DNA of 64,000 bases from Octopus sinensis (Eukaryota). The stretch lies in contig NC_043011.1 of NCBI RefSeq assembly GCF_006345805.1, positions 30,702,464 to 30,766,463 of the forward strand. The letters are read 5' to 3'. This document shows, one piece after another, positions 51,527-64,000 of the stretch; position 1 is the first letter of the stretch; each line of letters starts with the position of its first letter. The notes below the pieces were generated by a model. That model searched no databases, was not told the origin of the DNA, and saw nothing but the letters and a program-made list of their open reading frames with translations. A program made the position numbers and the translations under genes.

Positions 51527-51911
51527 AAGGCGACGAGCTGGCAGAATCGTTAGCATGCCGGGCGAAATGCTTAGCCGTATTTCGTCTGCCGTTACGTTCT
51601 GAGTTCAAATTCCGCCGAGGTCGACTTTGCCTTTCATCCTTTCGGGGTCGATAAATTAAGTACCAGTTACGCACTGGGGTCGATGTAATCGACTTAATCC
51701 GTTTGTCCCCTCTGTGTTTAGCCCCTTGTGGGTAGTAAAGAAATAGGTATTTCGTCTGTCTTTACGTTCTGCGTTCAATTTCCGCCGAGGTCGACTTTAC
51801 CTTTCATCGTTTCGGGGTCGGTAAATTAAGTACCAGTTACGTACTGCGGTCGATCTAATCGACTGGCCCTCTCCCCCAAAATTTCGGGCCTTGTGCCTAG
51901 AGTAGAAAAGG
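51527..51911 (+). mobile_element. SINE family B dimer with 15-bp TSD
   Basis: TSD atatactgtgtttct at 51512-51526 and 51912-51926. Confidence 0.93.
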
Positions 51912-52339
51912 ATATACTGTGTTTCTGGAACTGAAGTGAGCTATTGAGTTGTCGAATAAATTCATTCGTTTCTTCTTCCCGTTTATTTTAATCCATTTAT
52001 TTTCCCTTTTATTTTTCCAAGCCACTTCCTGATCTTAATTTATCCGACTTGATCAACCATTTTACTCACATCCTTCAGCTTATTTTGTTAGTAATCTTCT
52101 CTCCAGAAATTTAATCATATTTTGTCAATTACTTTCTCTGGTTAACTTTTGAAATAATATTTCAAAGAACAATTTATTTCAAAGTTCCTATTTCCAAGAG
52201 GGTTTCAATCTAACGAGACTCAGAGAGGCTTCTCTACTCTCCTTGAAATAGTTCATTTCGCTCAAAATCTTGGTCTGTGTTATTGACCCGTTATTGAACA
52301 TTTTGGAAAGTATACGGCCTACTGGGTCAGTTTTTAAAA

Positions 52340-54876
52340 CATCCGCTTCCAAGGCCAGAAGAAATATTTGCTAAGTGCAATGGTGGCAAAAATTTTTCCA
52401 AGCTGGATTTGTCAGAAGCCTGCCTCCAATTACGTGTAGATTAGGAATGTGCTAAATTATTAACAATTAATACTCATCAAGGTCTGTACCGTTTTATGAC
52501 TGCCATTTGGGGTTAATGTCACACCAGTAATATTTCAGCAAGTGATGGACACTTTACTAGCAGACTGTAAGTTTGCGGTCCCATACTTGGATGACATATT
52601 GATCAAAAGTGAATCGAGGGACCAGTATACTGAACATATAAAAAATGTTTTTAAAAGAATAAGCGACTATTGATTTAAAGTAAGCGTAAATAAATGCGAT
52701 TTTTTAAACAAAAATAAAGTACTTGCGACAGATGATCGATAAAAACGGATGATGCGATAAAAAATATGCCTGCTCCCACTAACAAAAAAACATTACAATT
52801 TGTTAAAGAAAGACACGGAATGGGACTGGACAAATGAATGTCAGAAAGCATTCGAGGAATTAAAACAGACGTTAACCTCAGTTATCGTTAATTCATTTCG
52901 ACCCAAACCTGAAAATAATAGTGGCATCGGATGCCAGTGAATATGGTATAGGAGCTGTGATATTGCATAAATTTAATTATGGTAAAATCGAAGCTATTGC
53001 ACATGCATCAAGAGTCCTCCTAGTAGCAGAAAAAACTACAGCAAGATCGAAAAGGAGGCTTTATTATTAATTTTCGCAGTAAAGAAATTCCATAAATTCC
53101 TACAAGGTAGGACGTTTACACTGTAGACTGATCACCGACCGTTACTATCTATTTTCGGTTCGAAAAGGGGTATCCCCACGCATTCAGCAAACCGTTTAGA
53201 GCGCTGGGGGACTACCCTGTTCAGCTATGATTTTTAGATGAAGTTTTTGCCATTAAAGAAAATGGGACACGCAGACGGGTTGTCTAGGCTAATTCCAAAA
53301 TATAAAGAACCTTTTGAAGACACGGTGTTTGCATCGTTAAAACTAGAAATGGAACTGAAGAACATTTTGTGCAATGTAGTATGTGATCTGCCTGTAACGC
53401 TAAAAGAAATTAAGTTAAAATCGGGAAAATATATGTCCATAAACAAGATTTTAAAATACTGTTGGGAAATAATACGAAAAATTAGTGGAACGCAGGTTCA
53501 AAGCATTATTCAGTATGTGATGATGTATTATCACAAAGGGTGGTAGTACCTGAAGTACTGCAAAATAGAATATTGAAAGGCTTCCATGTAGGACATCCGG
53601 TGATTGCCCGGATGAAAAGCCTCATAAGGAGTTACGTGTATTGGCCGAATACGGACAAGCAAATTGAGAGACTGGTATGGCACCCCCAGTGCAGATACAG
53701 CTGTGGCCAAAAATGGATTCAGCATGGTCTAGACAGCATGTGGATTTTGCAGGATCAATAAATGGCTTTTATTATATCATCGTGGTGGATAGCGATTCGA
53801 AATGGCCTGAAGTGTGTAAATGTTCAAGGCCAACCACAAATGTGACTATTGACTTCAGGGGGAATTGTTTGCTCGTTATGGAGTATCAGATACGATCGTG
53901 TCAGATAATGGCACACAATTCATGGCGAGGGATTTTTTTAAAATCTGTAACTCAATCCAGATGAAGCATGTGTTAACTCCGCCATGCCATCCAAGCTCAA
54001 ATGGGTTAGCGGAAAGATTCGACGACATATTCAAGACAGCCTTAAGAAAGACCAGACGGGAAGCTTTTGAAGATAGAAATATGACAAAGTTCTTACAGGT
54101 GTACAGAATAACACTGAATCCAAATACAGAGTCGGGTAGGTCACCCTAAGATTTGATGTTCTCCAGAAAGATTCGTTCTGTGTTTAACAAATTGTTGCTG
54201 AATAGGAAACGGAAAATACAAAATTCGGGATGTAGAACGACATATTTTAACACAAGTGACGAAGTGTATTTTAAAATGTATAAAAACGGAAAACAGGACT
54301 GGGAACAATGTAATATAACAGGATGTTTGAGTAATGTGATGTATATGGTCAAAGGACCAAAATATGAACATAAAAGGCATTTTAATCAATTAAAGAAAAT
54401 ATATACCAAAAATCAAGAAAGGCGAGATGAGCCAATGGATATATGGTATGACATGTTCGAGGTCCCAGAACCACAAGTGAAAGCAGAACTGACACGTAGG
54501 TCGAACAGGAAAAGAAAACATACAGAAATGATGGAAATTAACGCCAAGAGAAAGAGATATGCCAGTTTCTCACCAAGGAAATAAAATTTTGATAAAAGTT
54601 AAAGAATAAATAAATGAATAAATAAAAGGACAAAGCCAATCTCAAAAGGGGGAGGTGTTGTGTGAAAGTAGAACACCCCTATTTGCTTGGCTCCTAATGG
54701 ACTGTGCCACAATATAAAAGAACATTTGAGAGTGTCGGCGAGCTGTGTAAAGCCGAGAGTTGCGTATTGTCGAGTATAATTACAAGTATTGTGTATCTTG
54801 AGGAGAATGATTTGCGAGGACGTTATTTATTATCCCGTCATATCGTACGTTGAACAAATATGATACACGTACTACA
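52340..54876 (+). mobile_element. Decayed Ty3/Gypsy LTR retrotransposon (K02A2.6-like pol), 5' truncated
   Basis: RT (HPLPRPEEIF, YLDD at 52584-52595), RNase H (DASEYGIGAV, TDHRPL, HADGLSRL) and integrase (HVGHP, HVDFAG, VSDNGTQF, HPSSNGLAER) in gypsy order; many stops and frameshifts. Confidence 0.92.
54644..54876 (+). repeat. Polypurine tract (54644-54655) and putative 3' LTR (TG at 54656, about ..CA at 54876)
   Basis: aaaagggggagg immediately before TGTTG; TATA-like tataaaag near 54712. The right boundary is uncertain because there is no 5' LTR to compare. Confidence 0.6.
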
Positions 54877-55483
54877 TTGAGCAATAACATAAATCTCAAA
54901 AAACTAAACTTCTGTAACCACCACTCTTTGTATAGTATATTTTGCTGAAAGATCGAAAGCAAATAGGAATTTTGTATACTGAATAGGTTCCAGCTAGGAC
55001 GACCCTGCCCAAAGGCCAGCGAAAAGAAGAAAATAACCTACATTTTCGATGCTGACTTTTACAGATCGCATATCATTTTTTTTTGCTACTTGTGAACTCA
55101 TAACATATCCATTACTTTACAAAGGCGACAATGAGTCAGAGAACAATATCACATGTTATGTCTCTAACTCACATTTGAATTACGCTGCCCCATAAACTCA
55201 TGAGCGGTAATTTCGCAAGCAAAATTTTCCCGCCATTGAACGTCGTCTTTGGTCTTTATTATGTATAAGATACTAACCTAGGCATATGTCAAAACTTTCC
55301 TTTTCATGACACAGAAGTAGATTAGCTTTCATTGTAACCGTTTCTGAATGTATTATTCGAGTGAGATAATGCAGTGTTTCTGAACGCATTGTCCATTTTA
55401 GCCCGAGCCTCTTCCACATTCGGGCAAAACTATATGTTTCCATTTAAGCATTTCTCCTTCGTCGATAATTTTGTCAACATTAT

Positions 55484-55507
55484 TGCTGCTGCTGCTGCTG
55501 CTGCTGC

Positions 55508-55540
<33 letters not shown>

Positions 55541-55545
55541 CGTTG

Positions 55546-55585
<40 letters not shown>

Positions 55586-55590
55586 AGTTG
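55484..55590. repeat. Compound (GCT)n(GTT)n(GCT)n trinucleotide repeat
   Basis: Direct reading. Confidence 0.95.
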
Positions 55591-55977
55591 TTACTGAACG
55601 ACCAACAAGAACCCACTCCCTATGTCATTCTTTCCTAAAAACAGATATTCTCATGCCCGATAAACATGCTTCGTTGGAATATAAACTAGTTTATGTTTCT
55701 TGCTTTGTGTCTACGCAAATTAAAGTTTCTTTTCTTACTTTTGGGTATTACTCGGTTCACTTAAAGCCATAACGAATCAGTTCAAACAACTCAACGATTA
55801 AAGATTTAAATAAAATTCAGGTTTTTTTCTTCCGTTTTCTTGTAAGACAATTTAATAAAATTTGCTTCTCGTGTAAAATATATTTCACACATGTAAAAAA
55901 TATTAAGGCGTTCCATTATAAAAACATTCATCTAATCACATAGAGGTGTCATTGCGACTATCAACAACAACAACCAC

Positions 55978-56025
<48 letters not shown>

Positions 56026-56026
<1 letters not shown>

Positions 56027-57790
56027 TGAGATCATGGAGAACCACACTAACTCTGAACAGTGACAGTGAATCCCTAAATGCTGGTGATGTAAAAATTTCG
56101 TGTGGCATTTTCCAGGGTGACTCACTGTCACCACTCCTCTTTTGTTTATCCTTAATACCTCTCTCAAAGCTGCTCAATGACGCGCAGTACGGGTATAAAA
56201 TGTTTGATAAAAATATAAATCATCTCGTTTACATGGATGATTTAAAGCTTTTTGCAAAAAATGATCAACAACTCAAGGGCTTACTAGCGATAGTCAAACA
56301 ATTCAGTGACGACATCAGAATGCAATTCGGCCTCGATAAATGTGCAAAGGCTACCTTTATCAAAGGAAAAATGACAGAAACATCTAACGTTAACCTTGAC
56401 CAACAGAATGTCATAAAAAAACTAGACCCAGCGGAGAGCTACAAGTACCTAGGGGTAATTGAAGGGAACGGAATAAGGCATTCAGAGATGAAGGAAAGGA
56501 TCAGGAGAGAATGCTATCGAAGAGTGAGAGCAATACTCAAGACAGAGCTGAATGCAAGAAACAGGATCGAAGCAATCAATGCATTAGCTATACCAGTCGT
56601 GACTTACAGTTTCAATATTGTTAACTGGTCAATTACTGAAATATGTCAGCTCGACAGAAAAATAAGGAAACTGTTGACAATGCATAGAATGCACCACCCT
56701 AAGGCAGATACAGAACGACTCTATCTGCCAAGAAAAGAGGGAGGCCGTGGTCTTTTGCAACTGGCAATAACAATGAAGATTGCTACAATTGGCCTAGACA
56801 CCTACCTGAAAAACTCTGAGGACTGGATGCTAAAACTTGTCTCAAAACATGAAAACAAGAAAGCATCATACTCAGTCACAAAACAGGCAAAGGAATATCT
56901 AAGTGAATTCCGAATACAACCAATTTCGGAATTAGAGATAGATATACAAGAAACAAGCACAGAAAAAGCTAGGCGCATGAAAACCCGTGCCAAAACTGCG
57001 GCCTTAGATATTCTGAATAATAAATGGCAAGAAAAACCTCTCTATGGCAAATACCCAAAGAGAGCGAATAATGCAGATATCGACAAAGCCCTGACCCATC
57101 AATGGCTAATGGCCTCTGGCTTAAAATCTGAAACAGAGGGGTTTATCATAGCAGCTCAAGATCAATGCCTACCAACAAGAAACTACCAGGCCAACATATT
57201 AAAGATCAGAAGCAGTCCAACGTGTCGTGTATGCAAGCAACAAAATGAAACCATTGACCATGTGGTCTCCAAGTGCAGTCTTCTAGCGCCTACAGAGTAT
57301 CCCAACAGGCACGATAGAGCTGCACAATATATTCACTGGATAATCTGTAAAAACCTGGATTTGCCCCATGAAAAAAAACTGGTGGGAACACAAACCACCC
57401 CCAGTGCTTGAAAATGACCACATCTCACTCCTCTGGAACTTCACCATTCAAACTGACAGGAAGATAGATGCAAATAGGCCAGACATCATATTGAAAGACT
57501 TCAAACAAAGAACATGCCTCCTCATTGATATGACTGTCCCAATCGATATAAACGTATCTGTCAAGACCTACCAAAAACTGAGCAAATATAAAGATCTTGA
57601 AATAGAAATCAGCAAAATGTGGAAGCTGAAGACTAAAACAATACCTGTTGTCATAGGTGCCCTGGGAATGATAGCAAAAGGGGCTGATAGCTACCTAACT
57701 CAGATACCAGGAAACCCAAAAATGGCAGAAGTTCAAAAGATAGTGCTCATGGGAACTGCTCATATCCTACGCAAAATACTCTCTATGTAA
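56026..57790 (+). pseudogene. RT-CCHC-RLE ORF with a single frameshift in the A8 run at 57371-57378
   Basis: GIFQGDSLSPLLF, YMDD, YKYLG, GGRGL, CRVCKQQNETIDHVVSKC, RHD, RPDI..IDMTVP, KLSKYKDL, PVVIGALG. Confidence 0.9.
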
Positions 57791-58000
57791 TCCCAAGGTT
57801 TAAAACAAACATAATTTTCGGTTTAAAAAAAAAAAAAAAAACTTTTTTTTTAGACATTCATTAGTACAACATCCCCACCCCCCAAATATATGGCACACTA
57901 GGCATAACAACAACATGAACTTCCAACCCTGTTGTCTCTTGAGGTCTCTGGGTGAGACTTGGAGCCAACTTGTACAAATATAAAGCAAAAGTCAAACATA
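56026..58000 (+). mobile_element. R4/Dong-clade (RLE) non-LTR retrotransposon, 5' truncated, between (AAT)n tracts
   Basis: RT, CCHC and RLE domains in the order of R2/R4-type elements; (AAT)n on both sides. Confidence 0.9.
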
Positions 58001-58029
58001 GAATAATAATAATAATAGTCGTTGAAGTT

Positions 58030-58548
58030 AAAAATATCACTCTCTGGGATTTTCCAGTTAAAACCGACAGAAAAATCCAGGTTTATCGACCAGGCATAAT
58101 TATTAAAAACCGGGAGGAAAATACTTGCAGACTATTACTTGTAAGTGTTCCCACTGATAAAAATATATCTGTTAAGGAATTTGACAAATTAAGTAAATAT
58201 AAGGACCTGAAAATTGAAACACAAAAGATGTGGTATCTTAAAGCGAGAACTCCTCCTGTTATTGTAAGTGCCCTAGGTATGATAAAAAAGACTGTCAGAA
58301 ACAGATAACATCCTAGGAGAACCATATCTCAGAGAAATCTAAAAGATTGGGCTGACAAGTACTGCCCACATCATTTGAAGAACCTTATCAATTTAAATGT
58401 CTGTGCTGTATTACATGAATATATTTCGCAACAGACTCTGCCACTCCTCCCATCCCAAGCTTTCAGTCATACTGTAACATCTCTTATCCTTCACTCGCCC
58501 TAAGACGCTAGGTGTGTCTCGGCAAGTGATTGTAACAAACTTGCAGAA
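58030..58548 (+). mobile_element. R4/Dong 3' fragment, second subfamily
   Basis: LWDFPVKTDRKIQVYRPGIII..KLSKYKDL..VIVSALGMI; its own 3' UTR ends in (AAT)n(AAC)n. Confidence 0.85.
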
Positions 58549-58556
58549 TAAGAATA

Positions 58557-58658
<102 letters not shown>

Positions 58659-58667
58659 AATAATAAT

Positions 58668-59445
58668 TGAGAAGCTCAGGACTCAAAGCAGAGACTGGAA
58701 GATTTTTAATTGCAGCACAAGACTAAAGCCCCCCCCCGAAATTACCAAAAACATATAATGAAAAGAAACATAACTAGTAACTGCAGAATATGTGGATATG
58801 GACAAGAAACAATAAATCATATTATCTCTGGCTGCCCAGTCCTGGATAAGAAGGAATACATTCACAGACACGATAGAGTTGGGACTTACATACACTGGAA
58901 GCTATGCCAACACTATGGAATAACAACAGAAAAGAGATGGTAAAGGCACACGCCAGAAAAGGACACAGAAAACGAGATGGCAACCATACTCTGGGATATG
59001 CTAATACACACAGATAGAGAAATTAAGGCCAATAGGCCAGATATAGTTGTCAGAGATCATGAAGAAAAAAATGCTTTCTAATTGATGTATCAATACCAGC
59101 AGATGACAACGTTGCTCTATAAGAAATGGAGAAAATTTCAAAATACAAAGACCTGGAAATAGAGGTAACTCGAATGTGGAATCTAAAAACAGAAACAATT
59201 CCTATCATAGTAGGCGCATTAGGTATGATTTAAAAAATATTCAGACAAATACATAACAAAAACACCAGGACTTACAAATATATATAACATACAGAAAATT
59301 GCGCTACTGGGCACTGCACACATCCTACGCAAAACGCTTTCAATACAGTAGCCATAAGAGCATCACAACAAACCACAACACATACCCAAGGCACACAGAG
59401 CTGCGCTCAGTAGTGAAGTGAAAGCACGATATAAAAATAAAACTA

Positions 59446-59450
<5 letters not shown>
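58668..59450 (+). mobile_element. R4/Dong 3' fragment, third subfamily
   Basis: GLKAET..IAAQD, CRICGYGQETINHIISGC, RHD and RLE motifs; a third 3' UTR ends in (AAT)n. Confidence 0.87.
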
Positions 59451-59502
<52 letters not shown>

Positions 59503-60787
59503 TCAAAAGATCTGACGTAATTCTTCACAAAGGTAAATACACAATACGAAAAGCATGATGCGATTGGAACAGATGTTTTATTGGTTGAACAATATTTCTA
59601 CAGCAAGCCTGTCATTGTCGAGTTCAAAATGAAAAGTGATAAAAATTCAAAATTATAGAAATTACAATCCTAAATATGAAGGAAAGCAACCAGCGTCGAT
59701 GCGTTGATGGAACCGGTCTTCAAAGTTCAATTTTACAACTGACAAAAAGAAAAAGAGAGAAAAATAAAAGGAAAAAGAAAAGAAAGGAGAAAGAAGAATA
59801 TTTAAACAAACAGTTTTGTGTAAATTTGATGAAATTCTCCTGTCATTTTATTCATTACTCCAGGGTGTGATGTTAATAACCTGAGAACATATTTCTCCTC
59901 ACGCATTTTGATTAGTTATTCGCGTTATGATCATACCTCTTTTTGTATATCTGGAAGTGGTGAATCATCTAATGTGTCTTTCCTTCTTTTTAATTGAAGA
60001 TAAGACATGAGGGAGACTCAGCTACAATTTCTAATTGGCAAACCTAGCACCTACGGGCTCTCTTGAAACTTGTAGTGTGTAATTTTATATTGCTGGACTT
60101 TGTTTTAAAATATTTCCATCTTATCCTTTTCTATCGACCTCTTCACTTGAAATAAATGTTTTTAACACTGGCATGAAGATTCAGATCAAATACTGGTGAT
60201 TTTTTGTACGGCATTCTAACGATACTGCTTCTAATTTAGGCATAAGTTCAGTAGCTTTTAATGAGAGAGAAAAAAAGAGAGAGAGAGAGAGGGGGTTAAT
60301 CAAAGCCATCAACCCAATACTAAACTATTTTATAGACCCTGGAGAGATGAAGAGCAAAATTTTATCTCAAATTGTAAGGAGCCGAAAAAAATACCGCAAA
60401 GCATTTTTACAACTCTAATGTTTCTGTCTGTTCGCCGCCTTGCTTTACTTGAAAGTATATTTGTTAAATCTACGTAGTTTAACGTACAATATTTCTGTGT
60501 AACACTTGACGCAACGCTCTAAGTATCTTTAATGCTATTTGCATTACTGAAAACTATTGGGTCAAATCATAAAGAGAAAATGGACTATTCGAGAATGTTC
60601 TAATATTAGCTTTGTCTGTTGACCTCAATGACTGTACAGAAGAACACAAATACGCAGTCATGCCATGTAACCTCTTCTTTTTAATCCGTTCACTTAACAA
60701 AAGAAGAAAAGAAAACGAAAATCACGTTTGCAGATTCGATCCAATGGAACGTGATCTATATTAAACAACAGAAGAAATCTTTCCATA

Positions 60788-61018
60788 AAGCGTCGAGCTG
60801 GCAGAAACGTTAGCGCGCCGGGCGAAATGCTTAGCCGTATTACGTCTGCCGTTACGTTCTGAGTTCAAATTCCGCCGAGGTTGACTTTGCCTTTCATCCT
60901 TTCGAGGTCGATAAATAAAGTACCAGTAACGCACTGAGGTCGATATAATCGATTTAATCCCTTTGTCTGTCCTTGTTTGTCCCCTCTATGTTTAGCCCCT
61001 TGTGGGCAATAAAGAAAT
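60788..61018 (+). mobile_element. SINE family B monomer
   Basis: Complete head to tail; imperfect TSD cagaagaaat..ctttc. Confidence 0.9.
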
Positions 61019-61199
61019 ATAATCAGAAGAAATATCTTTCTATCTGATGTGATGTATTGGAATATCCCATATTACAAATAGCAAATATCTTAACATTAAG
61101 TGACCAAATATACAGCTGACCAAATATACAGTATATCTCTTCAACGAATCAGCAAGAGACTTAACTCAATAAAGCTGCACAGGTTGAAACAGCAGCCAA

Positions 61200-61395
61200 G
61201 TGGAAGCGCAATGGCCCTTTGGTTAAGGCAGCGGACTAGCGGTCGTAAGAACGCGGTTTCGATTCCCAGACCGGGCATTTGTGAGTGTTTATTGAGCAAA
61301 AACACCTAAGCTCCACGAGGCTCCGGCGGCGTGGGGGTGATCCCCGCTGTACTCTTTCACCACAACTTTCTCTCACTCTTTTTTCCTACTTCTTT
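61200..61395 (+). mobile_element. SINE family C, 5' part
   Basis: tRNA-like head; matches 29790-29993 in reverse. Confidence 0.85.
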
Positions 61396-61445
61396 GAAAT
61401 AGGAAATATATGTTCACTGGGTTTGTAAAAGAGAGCAAATCTACA

Positions 61446-62640
61446 GGAAACCAAAAAACGAATGATCACAATAAGCAGTCAGTAACCCTACCCTAGTCGT
61501 TACCACTCCCAATGTAGGATTCCTCACCATCCAGGTGACAGGCACAGCCGTAAGATGCATTATGAATCTATAGCAATTGGAAGGGCGTGACCCAACTGAA
61601 ATAAACATTAATAACTGTGTTACGTGAGGGCTAAGGAGAAATGAAAGTTGGAGTTTGCAAATGACCACTATACTGATACGTAACTGGACAGAATGAATTT
61701 AAAATCTAAAAATGTCTTTGACTAACCAGTCACTCATCTTGGAATGCCTTGAAATCAATGTTACCATCTGGGGACTATGTGTGACCGAGTGATAATAAAA
61801 AGACTGAAAGGAGGTCTGCAATCAAATAACTTTACTCAACACTTTGCAACTGAATCAGTGGAGGCCAAGATGCCTCTCATTTACTTGACAATTTATGCAG
61901 CACATTGCAGAAATTACAATCTAAGTGTATGTCAAAGTAAACTCTTACACTGTTGTGCCATTGAATTACAAATAATGCTCATCTTCTATGCTCGGATGAC
62001 CCCACAGCTTCCAAGAGTACAACTATTCGTCTTTGCTTAGATAAAATGACAAAATTGTGGGTGTTAAGTCCCCATGAAGGGGTCTTTCTAACTTGTAAGA
62101 AGATGAAATTTTATAAATATTACTTCATTTGTATCTAATATCTATGGCTAAAATTTCATCAAAAGCATAAATATATGAATTGTCATGGGAGTTGTGGCCC
62201 TTATGCATAGAATATAATTTCCAAATTTCGTAAAGTACTTTTGACTTAGTTTAGGATCATAAAAGAAATTACAAAAATTTGGGAGTTAAGGCCCTCATTA
62301 GGGCGTATTAGAATCCTCATGTGAAATGGAAACTTTGAGAATACTTCTTGATGTGTGTCAATTACCCATGGTTGAAATTTCATCAACATCGAAAATTTAT
62401 GAATTTCCATGGGAGGTTCTGCCCCTTTAAGTCATCTGAAATTCAAACCAAACATATTGCATTATACCCGCCCTTATGCATTGAATCTAAGTTTCAAATA
62501 TCATAAGGATCGATTCAGTAATTTTGGTCCATAATATTGTATAAAACACACAGCATTACCCTTCTCCCTAGGCTTCGATTTTGTGTCCCAAACACACAGA
62601 CACAGATCTTTCACCTCACAGCTGTCAGTTTTCTGACATC
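61446..62640 (-). mobile_element. Second copy of the 49210-50234 Helitron-like family (3' end missing, extra 5' modules)
   Basis: 61446-62300 is the reverse complement of about 49228-50070; both give the same spurious MCDRVIIKRL.. ORF. Confidence 0.8.
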
Positions 62641-62963
62641 TACCCATCCACAAACACAATCACGCATTCAGACACACACATACACACATTAAGACAGTTA
62701 TATACAGTCACACACACAGGCACTCATTCACAAAAGAAATCATTTAAACCCACCATTCTTTTGACCTGCACTCTCTCACCTTACTATTTTTATGCCTCCC
62801 TCCTCCTACTTCGTTTGAACTCTTGAACCTTTAGAAACTTCTAGATTCTTCTACATTCAGCCACTCTGTCGTCACTCATTATAAAGAGACACTCATTATC
62901 GCCATGGGCTCCTTGAGAGCGGTCAGCTAAAAGTTTTTTGTGCATTTTGATGTCGACATAAGT

Positions 62964-63060
62964 TCCTTGATTTTCCTGATGAGAAATCTGCATAACGTAC
63001 TCCTTATTCCTTCGGAATTAGGAATATGCAGCCTTCGAAACATATGTCGAGAATAAAGGA
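62964..63060 (+). ncRNA. Type I hammerhead ribozyme with intact canonical core; predicted cleavage 3' of C63048 (GUC)
   Basis: Stem I 62964-62975/63049-63060; CTGATGA 62976-62982; extended stem II; GAAA 63037-63040; palindromic stem III ACATATGT. Confidence 0.85.
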
Positions 63061-63099
63061 TATTTGTTAACTAGTCGTTCAACTCCATTCTTTCATATA

Positions 63100-63155
<56 letters not shown>

Positions 63156-63159
63156 ATAT

Positions 63160-63319
63160 ATACGGCGGGCTTCTTTCAGTTTCCGTCTATCAAATCCACT
63201 CACAAGGCTTTTGTCAGCTCGAGTCTACAATAGAATCCACTTTCCCAAGGTGCCACGCAGTGAGACTAAACTTGGAACCATTGAGAAGAAAGATTCTTAC
63301 CACACAGCCACGCCTGCGC
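63160..63319 (-). mobile_element. SINE family A, 5' half
   Basis: Reverse complement of the head and CORE-like region. Confidence 0.8.
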
Positions 63320-64000
63320 TTATGTACTTTCTTTTTCAGCTCAGAGCTGCGGCCATGCTGATGCACCGCCGTTATGTATGTTTATTATGCAGAGTGTTTA
63401 TATATACTGTTGTTGCTTTGTGGTCAGGGTGACTTTGATGGGGAGAATTTGTGATCATAAACATTCCAACTATGATCTTTCTAAATTTTTAAGTCCACAT
63501 TGTCACAGACATTCTTTTACACCTTTTAAGGATAAATGGATGTTATTTGATAGAGATTTGAGAGCTATTTCTAACAGTTTGAGCAACATTTATAGAGATT
63601 CTCTTGTTTCTTTCTTATGTTAATATCCGTTAAAATGGGTGAAATGCGGTAGTGTGCTCACAGCACTTAGTAGCTGATGATTTATCGTCATAATGCATTT
63701 TCCTGTCGGAAGTCAGCATTCGATTATACAACAATCTGTCTCCAGCAAGTTAACACACTTAAAATATTCATAAAATATAAGTAGAAATTTAAGGTATCTC
63801 GTTTTGAATAGGACGCTGTAGTTGAGTTGAAATCCATATTAGCCTCTCACAAAAGTAACAACAGCACAGTTTCCTCTTTTCTCACGCTCGGCGAAAAACT
63901 TTAACCTACACACCCCTCAAAGTGAATGAACTTGGACTTTCCTACTGATTGCATTTTCGACAATTGCTAATCTCCAGTATATGGTTACTTGACTTATTGA

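Noticed and set aside
50950-52200. Hints of an R4-type N-terminal relic on the minus strand (e.g. PEPYKEISPEI)
   Set aside because: Too few motifs to support a call.
59686-59730. Minus-strand TTGAAGA-ccgg.. hammerhead-like remnant
   Set aside because: GAAA is absent and stem II is unpaired; at best a heavily decayed trace.

Overview
Eukaryotic, AT-rich, repeat-saturated DNA with no recognisable host-gene exon, rRNA or intact tRNA gene, so it is probably intergenic or intronic. The tRNA-headed SINE families, Dong/R4 and RTE LINEs and the microsatellite load resemble a cephalopod (Octopus-like) genome; this is an inference from recalled repeat families, not a database result. Contents: about 25 SINE copies of four families (A-D), RTE LINE relics (one with a 66-70 bp target-site duplication), a cluster of R4/Dong RLE-type non-LTR elements at (AAT)n tracts, a decayed Gypsy element with a 3' LTR, four Tc1/mariner relics, and several Helitron-type elements (one keeps Rep coding sequence). 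All protein-coding sequence recognised is transposon-derived and disrupted; most ORFs in the supplied track are microsatellite artefacts. The most notable signal is a set of type I hammerhead-ribozyme motifs with unrelated arm sequences: one with an intact canonical core at 62964-63060, two U4C variants at 35730 and 36381, and two decayed ones at 37990 and 7559. Several long fold-back structures also sit next to (TA)n tracts. All folds were done by hand.
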